A DNA stretch of 64,000 nt from Strigamia acuminata (Eukaryota): NCBI GenBank assembly GCA_949358305.1, contig OX442314.1, positions 3,720,001-3,784,000 on the forward strand. Direction: 5' to 3'. Shown here in pieces: positions 32,030-42,981 of the stretch. The stretch's first letter is position 1; the number at the start of each line of letters is the position of its first letter. A program made the position numbers and the translations under genes. The notes under the pieces were generated by a model. The model was not told the origin of the DNA, did not search any database, and saw nothing but the letters and a program-made list of their open reading frames with translations.

Positions 32030-35000
32030 ATGGCCGACGACCTCGCCGTGTTGAAGGCTCAGCGTGCAGTAACCCGTAGGCTGACCACCACAACTATAAC
32101 GAAGGCCAAAACAATTCTCGCTGGTATACCTATAAATGAACTCGATTTAAAAAAGATAAAAGTGCATCTACAAGCAAAATCAAATGAACTCAAATCGCTC
32201 GACGCCAAAATCTTGGCCATGCTCACCGACGAACAAGAGATAGATGAAGAAATCACTCGATCCGAGACTGAATATCACGAAAAAATTATTGATTGTGGTG
32301 TCGAAATCGACGAGGCGCTAATTACTTTCATCGCGCCCCCAACCACACCTGTACTCCCGCCGATAACAAATAATTACCACGGGACCGCGAGTGTGCCACA
32401 AGACTCACCCATGCGACTGCCCAAGTACGACACAATTAAATTCAAAGGAGATCCGCTGGACTGGGCTGACTTTTGGGGTAATTTTGAGATCTCAATTGAC
32501 ACCAAAACGAACATTTCTGCGCAAAGTAAATTGGTGTATTTAAAGTCGCTCTTGGATGGAGAAGCAGCACTCGTGTTGAAGGGATTACCGCCAACAAATG
32601 AAAACTATCCGATCGCTAAAAAATTGTTGCTCGAACGCTTTGGCCGTACAGATGTTCTTCTCAGCGCACATTTACGCTCCCTAATGAAAATGAAACCCGT
32701 ACGTGATATTCTCGATCCTATTCCTCTTCAAAAATTGTACGATGAGTGTGAAACACACGTACGCGGTCTGAATGCGGCAAATATGAATGTTGATGCCATT
32801 GACGCAACAGCGTGTCCACTCATTCTAGGACTAGTGCCACGACAAATTTCGCTGGAATTTTCACGTCAATATCCCGACGGGAAATACAAAGCTAAAGATT
32901 TGTTGGACATGGTGCGTAACGAACTCGTGCACCACAATAAAATTGAGAACTTTCAAGATCTTCACCGCTCAACAGAGAAAAGCAAACCTGAAAAAATTGA
33001 GGTAGACAAATCCAATCAAAAACCCAATCGTGTGCCGTCTGCTCGTGTTTTGAGCACAACAATTACTAATTGCATGTTTTGCAACAAGACTCATGAGCGT
33101 GACGGGTGTTTGACTACCGCAACCGAACGTAAAGAGTTCGTTAAAAAGGAAGGTCGCTGTTTCAAATGCTTAAAAAAAGGACATTCGTCTCGAAACTGCA
33201 CCTTCCGTGTTACGTGTAAACTGTGTCAACGCCATCACAACCAACTCGTGTGCGAAGGCCCATCTGAGACGCCAAAAGAAAAAGTCACTTTGCTCGTATC
33301 AACAAACGAAAACCTCGCTGCGTACGCACAACCTCCAACCGCAACATTGGCAACAATATTCGTAAAAATTCAAAACGAATCTCGTGAGTCCATCGTGCAG
33401 TGTTTGATCGATCCGGGAAGCCAGAGTTCCTTCGTACTGGCTAGTTTGGCAAAAGACTTGCATTTGAAGCCGAATGGAGAAGAACATTTAAACGTGCACA
33501 CTTTTGGAAATCAGACACCGTTGAACACTAAAGGAAATCGATTTGAACTCAAATTGTGCAATGTTGGCGACAAAAATCGATCGCTCTGCGTTAATGCGCT
33601 TGAAACGCCATGGATTACAAAACCCATTTGTACCAAATTGCAGGCTGGCTTACGAGCCGCCCTCGAACGCGATCAAATCGTGATTGATTCTGGAAACAAT
33701 ACTAATTGCGATATTTTTATTCTTTTAGGCGCAGACTGTATCGCGAAGATACTTACGGGATGCATACGAAAAATCGAGGAAAATTTGATCGCCATAGAGA
33801 CGCTATTTGGCTGGACTTTGATGGGGTCATCAATAAATGTCACGACAATGTCCACACTAGTCACCCGCGTGTGCAGTGTGCGTCTCGAGGAGCGACTGGA
33901 CGAGAGTCTGAAAAAATTCTGGGAGCTCGAATCCATCGGCATTCGCCACGAGGGTGAAGACGAAACATTGACCGATCGAAATTCCTGCGCAATTCGTTTT
34001 CGCGAACAAGTGACGAGAGAAGAAGGAAGATACGTCGTCGCATTGCCGTGGTTGGTCGAACCGAGAAAACTTCACAATAATTACGAAATTGCTGAGAAAC
34101 GTTTTTGGAATCTGGTAAGAAAATTTAAGAAAAATCCAGGATTCTACGCCGCCTACAAACAAATTTTCGACGATCAAATACGTGATGGAATAATCGAAGA
34201 AGTTAATGAACCGCAACATGAAAATTCGTACTACATGCCACACCGAGCCGTTATTAAAGAAGATCGCGTCACGACAAAGATTCGGATCGTTTTCGATGCC
34301 TCAGCTAAAGGAAAAAATGAACTTTCACTGAACGATTGCCTGGACAGCGGTCCTAATTTGCTGCCAGAAATACTTATATTGCTGATTTTGTTTCGAAAAG
34401 AACCATTTGCTTATCTTTCGGACATAGAAAAGGCGTTTTTACAGCTATTGCTGAGAATGGCAGATCGGGATTTCGTTCGTTTCCTTTGGACACCGGAAGA
34501 ATGGGACGGTCGGCAGTTTGTGAAGCCCAGAGTTATGCGCCAGAAAAGAGTAGTATTCGGAGTCAAATCAAGTCCCTACCTTTTAAACGACTCAATTCAA
34601 CTACATCTCGACAACATGCGTGAAAAATATGAAGAAACAGTTGCTCAAATCAAAGATAAATTTTACGTCGACGACTTGCTCGGTTGCGCCAAATCCGAAG
34701 GGGAGGTGGAAAAAATATTCCACGAAGCTCGCAAATTGATGATGGAAGCGCACATGCCCCTACGCAAATGGCAATCGAACTCACAAAGCTTGCGAGAACT
34801 TTTTGCGAGAGAAATTCCGTCGGACGCAAATCTGGTCGACGCCGACAAACACTCGACGTCCGTGTTGGGACTGATCTGGAACTTTATAACCGACCACCTC
34901 CTGCTCGAAATAGGCGAATGGGCTGACGCACAAGATCAACTCAAGGAATCAAAACGTTTGATCGTTCAGTCCGTGGCAAGGATTTACGATCCATTAGGAT

Positions 35001-37219
35001 TTGCGACACCATTCGTAATTGTCGGCAAACTGATGTTCCAGGAATTATGGACTCGAAATATAGGTTGGGATTCGCCATTACCCCCCGACATTTCAAAACA
35101 ATGGTCAAGTTGGCGACAACAAGTCGTATTGCTAAGAAAAATTGCCGTTCCTCGACATTACAGCGCTGGACAACAATCAAATCCAGATCGTGAATTGCAT
35201 TTGTTTTGCGACGCAAGCCCCAAAGCATATGGAGTCGTGGTCTACATTCGAACAAAAAATGAAACATCCGTAGAAGTCACACTCTGTATGTCGAAGTCGC
35301 GCGTTGCACCACTGAAGTCTTTAACGCTGCCCAAACTCGAATTGATGGGCGCATTGCTGCTGTCGCGAGTTGCCGTGAAACTCAAGAAGTTAGAAATTCA
35401 GCGTGTTTTCTACTGGACCGATTCGTCCATTACATATTTCTGGATTCGCGAGCAACAGAAGAAGTCAAATCCATTCGTCTCGAACCGAGTCCGCGAAATC
35501 CGCACGAACACCGAGGTCGCCTGTTGGCGTCATTGCCCGGGGAAGGTCAATCCAGCGGATAAGTTAACCCGAGGAATGGAGGCCGACAAATTGGTTCAAG
35601 ACATCGAATGGTGGAGCGGCCCTGAGTGGCTGAAAAAGGACGAGACACATTGGCCACAAAAATTCGACGAAGAAACAGAGTCCAACTTTGAAGAAGAAAT
35701 TGAAGAAATAGATACTCGCGTAAATGTGACTCGATCAAGTGAAGAGGCGATTTTCGATATTGAAAAGTACAGCAGTTGGACCAAAGTCAAACGAATCACC
35801 GCCTGGATTTTGAGATTTTGCCACAATTCAAGAAAAATCGAAACAGTCATCGGACCGTTAAAGACGGAAGAGTTAGAAACAGCCGAAATTTATTGGTTGC
35901 GCAGTATACAAAAACAGAGATTTTCGGAGGAAATATATAGCTTGAAAAATTCAACGAAACTGAAAAGCGATTCACCCCTAGCAAGCGTAGCCGTAGTTCT
36001 CGACCAGAATGAAATTATACGAATCGACTCGAGAATACGTTTTAACACGGGAATAGAAAATTTTGTGAGCCCCATCGTTTTGGATTCAAATTCACCGGCT
36101 GTAAAATTAATAGTCGAAGATTGTCATCATAGAACTTTACATGGAGGACTAGGCAACACTCTGTCAGAATTTAGAGCGAAATACTGGGTTAAAAAAGGAA
36201 GAAAATTCATCAAGACATTGATTTCCCGATGCGTGACTTGTCGAAGAGTGAACGCAAAATTGATGACTCAAACGGTCGGTCTGCTACCTGCGGACAGAGT
36301 GAATCGTGCGGAGCCATTTCAAATTATTGGCATAGACTTCGCCGGACCACTATACACTAAAAACGGAAAAAAGACTTACATCGCTCTGTTCACTTGTGCC
36401 GTGGTGCGAGCTGTTCATTTAGAACTTGTATCTGATCTCACTACGGAGAAATTCATTCTCGCATTTAAACGACTTATTGCAAGAAGAGGAGTCCCTGGCA
36501 TTGTCTACTCAGACAATGCTAAAACCTTTAAGCGAGCCGAAAAAGACTTGTCTTTATTCATCAACAGCTTCTCGCACGAGCTGTTCCAGGGGTTCTTGTC
36601 AAAGCAAAAAATACAGTGGAAATTTATCGTCGAATTGGCTCCGTGGTGGGGCGGATTTTGGGAGCGACTGGTCAAAACTGTTAAACTGAGCTTAAAAAAA
36701 GTCCTTGCTCGATCATCGTTGGACTTTGAAGAACTGTCGACCGTTTTGACAGAGGTCGAAGCTGCGGTTAATTCGAGACCAATCACTTACGTTACGGACG
36801 ATCCGTTGGAGCAAGAACCGCTGACGCCTTCTCATTTTTTGACCGGAGGACGTCTCATCACGCTTCCAGACGTCTACAGTCCAGAAAGTCGTGTCGACAA
36901 TTCATTTCGACCCGAGCTCGTGAAGCGATGGAAGCTGCGTCAACGTTTGATTAATTTGCTTTGGCGTCGTTGGACGCACGAGTACCTTGTCGAGCTTCGT
37001 GAATTCCGTCGTGTACGAACCTCAAAAGAAGTTCAAATTGGGGATTTGGTTCTCATTCAAGAACAAGGTCAGCCTCGAATGTCATGGAAAATGGCAAGAG
37101 TTTCAAATACCTTTATCGGACGGGACGAAAAAATACGCTCTTGTGAATTGACTTTGCCCGAAGGAAAAACTTTGAGACGCCCAGTACAAAGACTGTGTTC
37201 TTTAGAGGCTTCAGACTAA
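32030..37219 (+). CDS. BEL/Pao Gag-Pol polyprotein (1729 aa)
   Basis: Gag (FKGDPLDWADFW), three Cys-His boxes, protease LIDPGSQ, RT (YYMPH, RIVFDAS, FYVDD), RNase H-like LHLFCDAS, integrase (IDFAGP, YSDNA, WWGGFWER). Confidence 0.97.
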   Translation: MADDLAVLKAQRAVTRRLTTTTITKAKTILAGIPINELDLKKIKVHLQAKSNELKSLDAKILAMLTDEQEIDEEITRSETEYHEKIIDCGVEIDEALITFIAPPTTPVLPPITNNYHGTASVPQDSPMRLPKYDTIKFKGDPLDWADFWGNFEISIDTKTNISAQSKLVYLKSLLDGEAALVLKGLPPTNENYPIAKKLLLERFGRTDVLLSAHLRSLMKMKPVRDILDPIPLQKLYDECETHVRGLNAANMNVDAIDATACPLILGLVPRQISLEFSRQYPDGKYKAKDLLDMVRNELVHHNKIENFQDLHRSTEKSKPEKIEVDKSNQKPNRVPSARVLSTTITNCMFCNKTHERDGCLTTATERKEFVKKEGRCFKCLKKGHSSRNCTFRVTCKLCQRHHNQLVCEGPSETPKEKVTLLVSTNENLAAYAQPPTATLATIFVKIQNESRESIVQCLIDPGSQSSFVLASLAKDLHLKPNGEEHLNVHTFGNQTPLNTKGNRFELKLCNVGDKNRSLCVNALETPWITKPICTKLQAGLRAALERDQIVIDSGNNTNCDIFILLGADCIAKILTGCIRKIEENLIAIETLFGWTLMGSSINVTTMSTLVTRVCSVRLEERLDESLKKFWELESIGIRHEGEDETLTDRNSCAIRFREQVTREEGRYVVALPWLVEPRKLHNNYEIAEKRFWNLVRKFKKNPGFYAAYKQIFDDQIRDGIIEEVNEPQHENSYYMPHRAVIKEDRVTTKIRIVFDASAKGKNELSLNDCLDSGPNLLPEILILLILFRKEPFAYLSDIEKAFLQLLLRMADRDFVRFLWTPEEWDGRQFVKPRVMRQKRVVFGVKSSPYLLNDSIQLHLDNMREKYEETVAQIKDKFYVDDLLGCAKSEGEVEKIFHEARKLMMEAHMPLRKWQSNSQSLRELFAREIPSDANLVDADKHSTSVLGLIWNFITDHLLLEIGEWADAQDQLKESKRLIVQSVARIYDPLGFATPFVIVGKLMFQELWTRNIGWDSPLPPDISKQWSSWRQQVVLLRKIAVPRHYSAGQQSNPDRELHLFCDASPKAYGVVVYIRTKNETSVEVTLCMSKSRVAPLKSLTLPKLELMGALLLSRVAVKLKKLEIQRVFYWTDSSITYFWIREQQKKSNPFVSNRVREIRTNTEVACWRHCPGKVNPADKLTRGMEADKLVQDIEWWSGPEWLKKDETHWPQKFDEETESNFEEEIEEIDTRVNVTRSSEEAIFDIEKYSSWTKVKRITAWILRFCHNSRKIETVIGPLKTEELETAEIYWLRSIQKQRFSEEIYSLKNSTKLKSDSPLASVAVVLDQNEIIRIDSRIRFNTGIENFVSPIVLDSNSPAVKLIVEDCHHRTLHGGLGNTLSEFRAKYWVKKGRKFIKTLISRCVTCRRVNAKLMTQTVGLLPADRVNRAEPFQIIGIDFAGPLYTKNGKKTYIALFTCAVVRAVHLELVSDLTTEKFILAFKRLIARRGVPGIVYSDNAKTFKRAEKDLSLFINSFSHELFQGFLSKQKIQWKFIVELAPWWGGFWERLVKTVKLSLKKVLARSSLDFEELSTVLTEVEAAVNSRPITYVTDDPLEQEPLTPSHFLTGGRLITLPDVYSPESRVDNSFRPELVKRWKLRQRLINLLWRRWTHEYLVELREFRRVRTSKEVQIGDLVLIQEQGQPRMSWKMARVSNTFIGRDEKIRSCELTLPEGKTLRRPVQRLCSLEASD

Positions 37220-39269
37220 TTGAATTCCCCCCCCCCCAATGTAAAATCTAGACTGATTTAATTTGTTTTTAATGTTTATTCATGTATTTGATTTTAGTAA
37301 TTTTGTCTTAGTTTAATTATCGATTGAATTTAGTGATTGATTTGTGTTTATTACAATTAAGTGTTTTGTGTTTTGTTTTGTGTTTTGTGTTCTTTTTCAT
37401 TCATTGTGCCTTATTGTGTATTATCGTGTTTAATTGTGTTTCATCATGGTTTTTGCTGACTTTTCAGTTGTGTTATTGCATTAAATTGTCTGTGTTCTTT
37501 TTGTGTTATATAAATCGCTCGAGGGTCTTTTCGAGAGCCCTCTTTTATGTAAATTGGGTATCTTTCGGCCCTTGTTGACCGGATGTAGACCCCGTTTTTT
37601 CTATGTAACCCACATTCCACCCTCAACTCGCTGACCACGCGTCACTTGTGAAAAAGAATGTCATTTTTCAACTCAAGTAAAATTAAAAGTTGTTAAGTTT
37701 TATTTCGACCGTCGCTTTTGCTGTTTTACAATTCATCACCCATCGTGAAGTTCATTTACAATTCGTAAAATGTGAGGCGAGCAGCAGACAAAGAGGAATG
37801 GTTGCAGCAAATGTGTTGTTTTCCACCAGGTGCTGTTTGGTGTTTATATATGCTTTGGACAATGATTGATGTCATAAATCAGCTAACGTAATATTGTCAA
37901 TGGCAGCTGCACAAGATGCATTTCCACTCTATTGTATTCAATTTTGAAAATTATCCGGGTGTTGACAACAAAGAGTTGACGTTTAAAAAACAAAAATTTA
38001 TTTTATCCTAGGTTTTTTCCTTTTTCTGTCTTCAAATTTCCGACCCATTGTAAGAATATACAGTTTGTACTTGAAAGTAGTTTACAGACACAGTTGCAAT
38101 CAAGCTATTAAAAATACATCAACATGATGATAAATTGTGACCTTTTACACTGAGATTCATCGGGGCCCTATTTCAGTTGATCAGTTCATCAATTGAATTG
38201 GTCACAACAATTAAATTGACCAATTTCCTTGTGATTTGATGGAATTTTGTTGTTCATTTAGTATTAAATGCGTATCAAGGATGTAGTTGAGGAAACTGTA
38301 ATGTAAGGGATGTAGTTGAGGAAACTGTAATGTAAGGGATGACTAAATTGAAGTCATCAATTTGTTCAAAATAATTGTGTCAATAATAGCACCTGGCATG
38401 TGTAAAAAAAAACTCTTGAATTGAATTCAATAGGGACAATAGTGTTGCTTGCAACAGAAATTGATGGAAAACTAGAAATTTTTGTTTTTTCTGAAATTCT
38501 TTTGCTCATTGCTTATTTAGCTATGCAAAAACATTTGTTTCAAATAAATGCATTGGCCAAATTTGACAATCAATTTACCGTATTTTACCGAGTTAGAGCC
38601 GCGGCTCTTATTCAAAAATGCTACTTTCAGCCGCGGCTATTAATCGAGTGCGGCTCTTAATCGAGAGCGGCTCTTATTTTAAATTGTGGCCGATATCTCA
38701 ATGTTACGTTCATTGCCCTGGCAACTGCCCCTGTGTTTCCAACTTGTTATTTTTTCCAGACACACATAAAAAAATAACAATAAAATAAACAGATATGATT
38801 CTGATATAAAAAATAAAATATAAATTTAATTTTCCTGGTGACCACCAGGCCACCACAAGCTAAGCACTGCTAAAACATCTAGTTTCATTATCCCAAAAGC
38901 GATCCAGTTAGGACTACACTGGAAAAATGACTTCTTGTATTAAGACGAGATAAAAATGCTATTGCGTATGCTTTTATTCTTAATTTTCTTTTTGAATGTA
39001 AATTGTCAGATTAAATGTCAAATATTTTGTCAAACAAGGGTTAATACCTGTAGCCGTTGAAACTGGTATTTTAACTTACTGTTAACGGATTTATGTGATG
39101 TAAAAGTGGTGCCCCTTGCCTGCATAGTCTTTAATAGGGTGAATGATGAGGCTCACTCAAAGGTCAAGAGGTAAAAAATTAAAAAATATGTTTAAATCAT
39201 CTTTGGTGTCAATTTATGTTGGTGTGTTTGGAATTTCCAATAGAATAAACAGAAACTCAAGCTCACATG

Positions 39270-39845
39270 TGTGGTGATCCTGAATTTTTTATGAAAATAA
39301 AATATTTTTATCACCACTAAAGAATTGTCTTTATTTTAATTACTCTGCAGCCAAGTCTGACTTGGGGGTGAAAATCCCTAGACACACTTCACCCTAATTT
39401 GGCTGGGGTAATTTACAAAGCAACCCTTTTGGTGCAACAATTCCTTTGCTGCATCAAAATAAGCATACCATGCATGTCTGCTGCGCAGAAACGAAGTGTG
39501 CTCGGTCCAAAAGTTTGGGATTCGAGCCCACTCTGAACATCAACAACAAACCAACAACATATCGTGTCACTGCTCTGCAATTCACAGGTATTGACCATGT
39601 TAGTGTTTTTGTTGAGTTTAGATCTTTAGCTGTTTTCACTTTGTGAAACCAGCTCTTTTCTTGTGTGTGCCAAACACTGTTTGTCACACGCATTTTGCGA
39701 TTCTTGGCTGACGGCCAAGACCCTCGTTTGTCGCAGCCATTGCCGACCACTGTTGAGTTGCTCCGGAGTTAGCCATCGCCGCCCGAACACACCGTGGTGA
39801 GGAATAAGCCATTCCCGTCATTTTCGCACGTAACAACTGTTACCT
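39270..39845 (+). mobile_element. Truncated, diverged LTR of the TGTGGTGA- group
   Basis: Starts TGTGGTGATCC and shares motifs (gccaagtc, ttggctggggt, ggtgcaa..tcctttg) with 26470-27433. Confidence 0.55.
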
Positions 39846-40051
39846 GGCTGTCACGGTGACACAAGAAGAAACGATATTTCACAATAACAATTATGCTGTT
39901 GCAAGAATGAGCCTAATTTCTGGCTAAAGTCACAAATTACACAATGAATGTTTGGGTTTTCAGAGGTAACTTTTTGGTAACTTTTCATGAGCAAGAACAG
40001 GTTTAGACTGAGGATTTTTCTCCTTACAGGAAGCACTTTCTGTTGCAACAG

Positions 40052-40362
40052 GCGACACTTTGCAAGCCAGGCGACTACGATTTTCCAAAATCACCTAAGT
40101 GTGGAAAATTATTCAAATCAGTGAGCTAATTATTATTATTTTCCCTTTTACAACATGATCTCTCTTTGTAAACAATATTTGCATTTGTCACCTGTTTAGA
40201 AAGAGTTTAAAATAGTGGCCAACAGGAAGAATAGTCTCAATTACTTCTATGTATACGATCTGTACCGAAATAAGTTTAGGATTTGTGATGAACAAAGCGA
40301 GGACAAGATATTTAAAAACACAAACCAGCTTTATACAAAGAGTAAAGTTTCTAAAACTATAG
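40052..40362 (+). pseudogene. Secreted-protein gene fragment, copy D: exons 40052-40120 and 40200-40362
   Basis: ATLCKPGDYDFPKSPKCGKLFKS / KEFKIVANRKNSLNYFYVYDLYRNKFRICDEQSEDKIF...; exons 1-3 not found upstream. Confidence 0.7.
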
Positions 40363-41588
40363 GTAAGAAATAATATATATTTATTCCATTTCCTAATAAC
40401 TAGAAATTTTGGCATGGTAAATGTTTCCATTCTATTCTATTTCTATTCTATTTATCTCGCTACCGGTATTTCTTTGATATTTACACTGCAAAAAAAATTA
40501 GATTTTTGGCCATAAAATATTTTGGAAATATAACTGAAATGCAAAATTTCCAAACCCGAAAGTTATATTTTCCAAATTGTACAAACATCAAATTTCCAAT
40601 GACTTTCCAACACTGAATGCAACCGTTTCCAAACAGACTTTTCATAGACAATTTATTATAACTTATCAGTGGGTTTTTACACCACCTGGTGGATACAGCT
40701 GAAACCGCTCATTCGGCAGGTGAGCTTCAAGCTGGACTGAGACAATTTTTATGTCCAAGGCTGTACTTTTTCTTTACAATATTAAAAGACATAATATACA
40801 GTACGAAAGAAGTTTGTAGCGCATTAAATCCTCTAGAAGCTGAGCCTGGTTTCAGAATTGATGAAGACTTTTGTGATACCAAAGTCATACCGATAAAAGC
40901 TGTTTTAGAGTCGGGTCGGATCCTTTGGGATCCATTATAGTTTCTGTCACGTACAGGTGGGGCTAGCAACGCCGGTAGTTGAAACAAACAAATATTCATG
41001 TCAAGTTAAATAAAAGTCTTTAACCCTCGGAGGCATAACACGGATTTATAGACAAGCTCTTTCTTGAATAGGGAAATTTTTTTTCTATCATTTTTTTTCG
41101 CTAAAAATTTGTGATTTTGTTTATATGGTGTCAGACTTTAACTCGTATGAAATTTGTATGTATTAGTTGTTTATTTAATTACTTATTCTGAATTGAAATT
41201 TTCTGCCCCTTAAACAGGCTTTGCTGCTTTAGTAAAGAGCCTTTTTGCATTTACTGGTGGTGTTTAAAACCACCACCAGATGGTTCAAAGTTCATTATTA
41301 TTGCATTAACATATTGCGGCCTCTACAAGTATAAAATTCGTAAAAAACTACAAAAAAACTAAATTGCGCTTTGACCAATGAACCTGAAAATTGTCCATAA
41401 ATCCGTAATGCCTTATACCAGAACGGCGCATTTTACCATTATGCGTCCGAGGGTTAAAAAGCAGAAATCTGAATACAGTAATAATGTTTTTTTTTTTGTT
41501 TTTTTTTTTAAATTTTATTTTAGACTTAGAAACTTACAGGATCGGAAGTAAATCAGGAAATCTTATTATCGCGTGTAATAATGAACTG

Positions 41589-41813
41589 AAAAAAATTACC
41601 AAATTCTCCAGAAAAAAATTACCAAATTCTCCAGAAAAAAATTACCAAATTCTCCAGAAAAAAATTACCAAATTCTCCAGAAAAAAATTACCAAATTCTC
41701 CAGAAAAAAATTACCAAATTCTCCAGAAAAAAATTACCAAATTCTCCAGAAAAAAATTACCAAATTCTCCAGAAAAAATTACCAAATTCTCCAGAAAAAA
41801 ATTACCAAATTCT
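41589..41813. repeat. 23-bp minisatellite, 9 full units plus a partial, within a CTGCAGAA-rich element
   Basis: aaaaaaattaccaaattctccag in tandem; only 1-3 related units in the other copies (~10050-10100, ~27770-27880). Confidence 0.9.
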
Positions 41814-42981
41814 ACAAAATTCTGCAGCAAAATGTTAACCTTTTCTGCAGAAAAAATTCTGCAGAAAGCTTTTTCTGTCGAAAAAATTCCCCAGAAAGCT
41901 TTTTCTGCAGAAAAATTTCCCAGAAAACAGCAGAAGGCTTTTTCTGCAGAATAGTCTGCAGAGGTCAGCAGAATACTGTACAGAGTTCTACATCAGAAAA
42001 GGTTAACTATGTGCAGCAGAGCCAATACTAAATTAGTGTAAAATATAAAACAAAAATAAAACAAAACCACCAAAAAATAAACTAGCAAAAGATTTGATTC
42101 ACATTGATCAAATTTGAAAATTGCACCAAAATATCATCCAAGCCAATGACATAACTATAGGCATCAATAGCCATTTTAAATAATTGTGTTGTAAACACAT
42201 CACAGTCTATTCAAATTTTTATCTAAAGTCAAAATCAAATGCATGTTAATGCATATGTAAATAACTTTGAAAAGGCAGAGGGAATTCAATTCCTTGAAAG
42301 AAAAGTTCATAGTTTCAGATGGAAGAGGATGTATGAACTCACATCAATATCCATGGTGCATGATTTATTTATTTATTTATTTATTAAACTCACAACTTGC
42401 AGACAATTTAAAACAATTAAAGATTCAGGTTCAATGCAAGTTGGCTGCACTGCATTCGAGCAAAGTTGCCATTTTGATCAGATGGCGATAACTATTGGAA
42501 AGTGTTGACTGGACGAATCAAGGCAATTGAAGAACACTTAATGGCAGAAGAAACAATATTTGGTTGGAGCCTGCATGGCCAGACGACGAATGCAACTCCA
42601 TTCCTTGCAACACAGACGCATCGCATCAACCAAATTCACCCATCCAATGACGACATTCTTCGCCAATTTTGGGAATTAGAAGCTATTGTAGTAAAGCACG
42701 AATCAATAAACTCAACGGATGAAATGCAAGTATTGGAAAGATTTAATAATTCAATTAAATGGAAGGGAATTCAATTAAATGGTCGACATGCTGTGGATCA
42801 TCAATCCAGACGAACTCGAAGACGGGACTCTATAAAACGCGCGATATTCATATACGCGACGTCGCGGTTAAGAATAAAAAAGGTATTCATATACGCGACG
42901 TCGCGTATATGAATACTTATTATATTATATTATATTATATATATTATTATATGGCATTTCTATACGTGATTTTCTCAATTT

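Larger units (their letters stand above)
31413..37769 (+). mobile_element. Full-length BEL/Pao retrotransposon; 530-bp LTRs 31413-31942 and 37240-37769; TSD (A)ATGTG
   Basis: LTRs look identical by eye; ATGTG at 31408-31412 and 37770-37774; single intact ORF. Confidence 0.96.
40050..42823. repeat. Segmental duplication, copy 3 (inverted)
   Basis: Reverse complement of 25778-30874 and 9707-12310, with an internal deletion. Confidence 0.9.

Noticed and set aside
38578..38700. ccgtattttaccgag...gccgcggc pogo-like MITE end
   Set aside because: No matching second TIR or TSD found, so boundaries cannot be supported.
41484..41954. 156-aa repetitive ORF or CRISPR-like array
   Set aside because: Translation of a 23-bp tandem repeat with no unique spacers; eukaryotic context and no cas genes.
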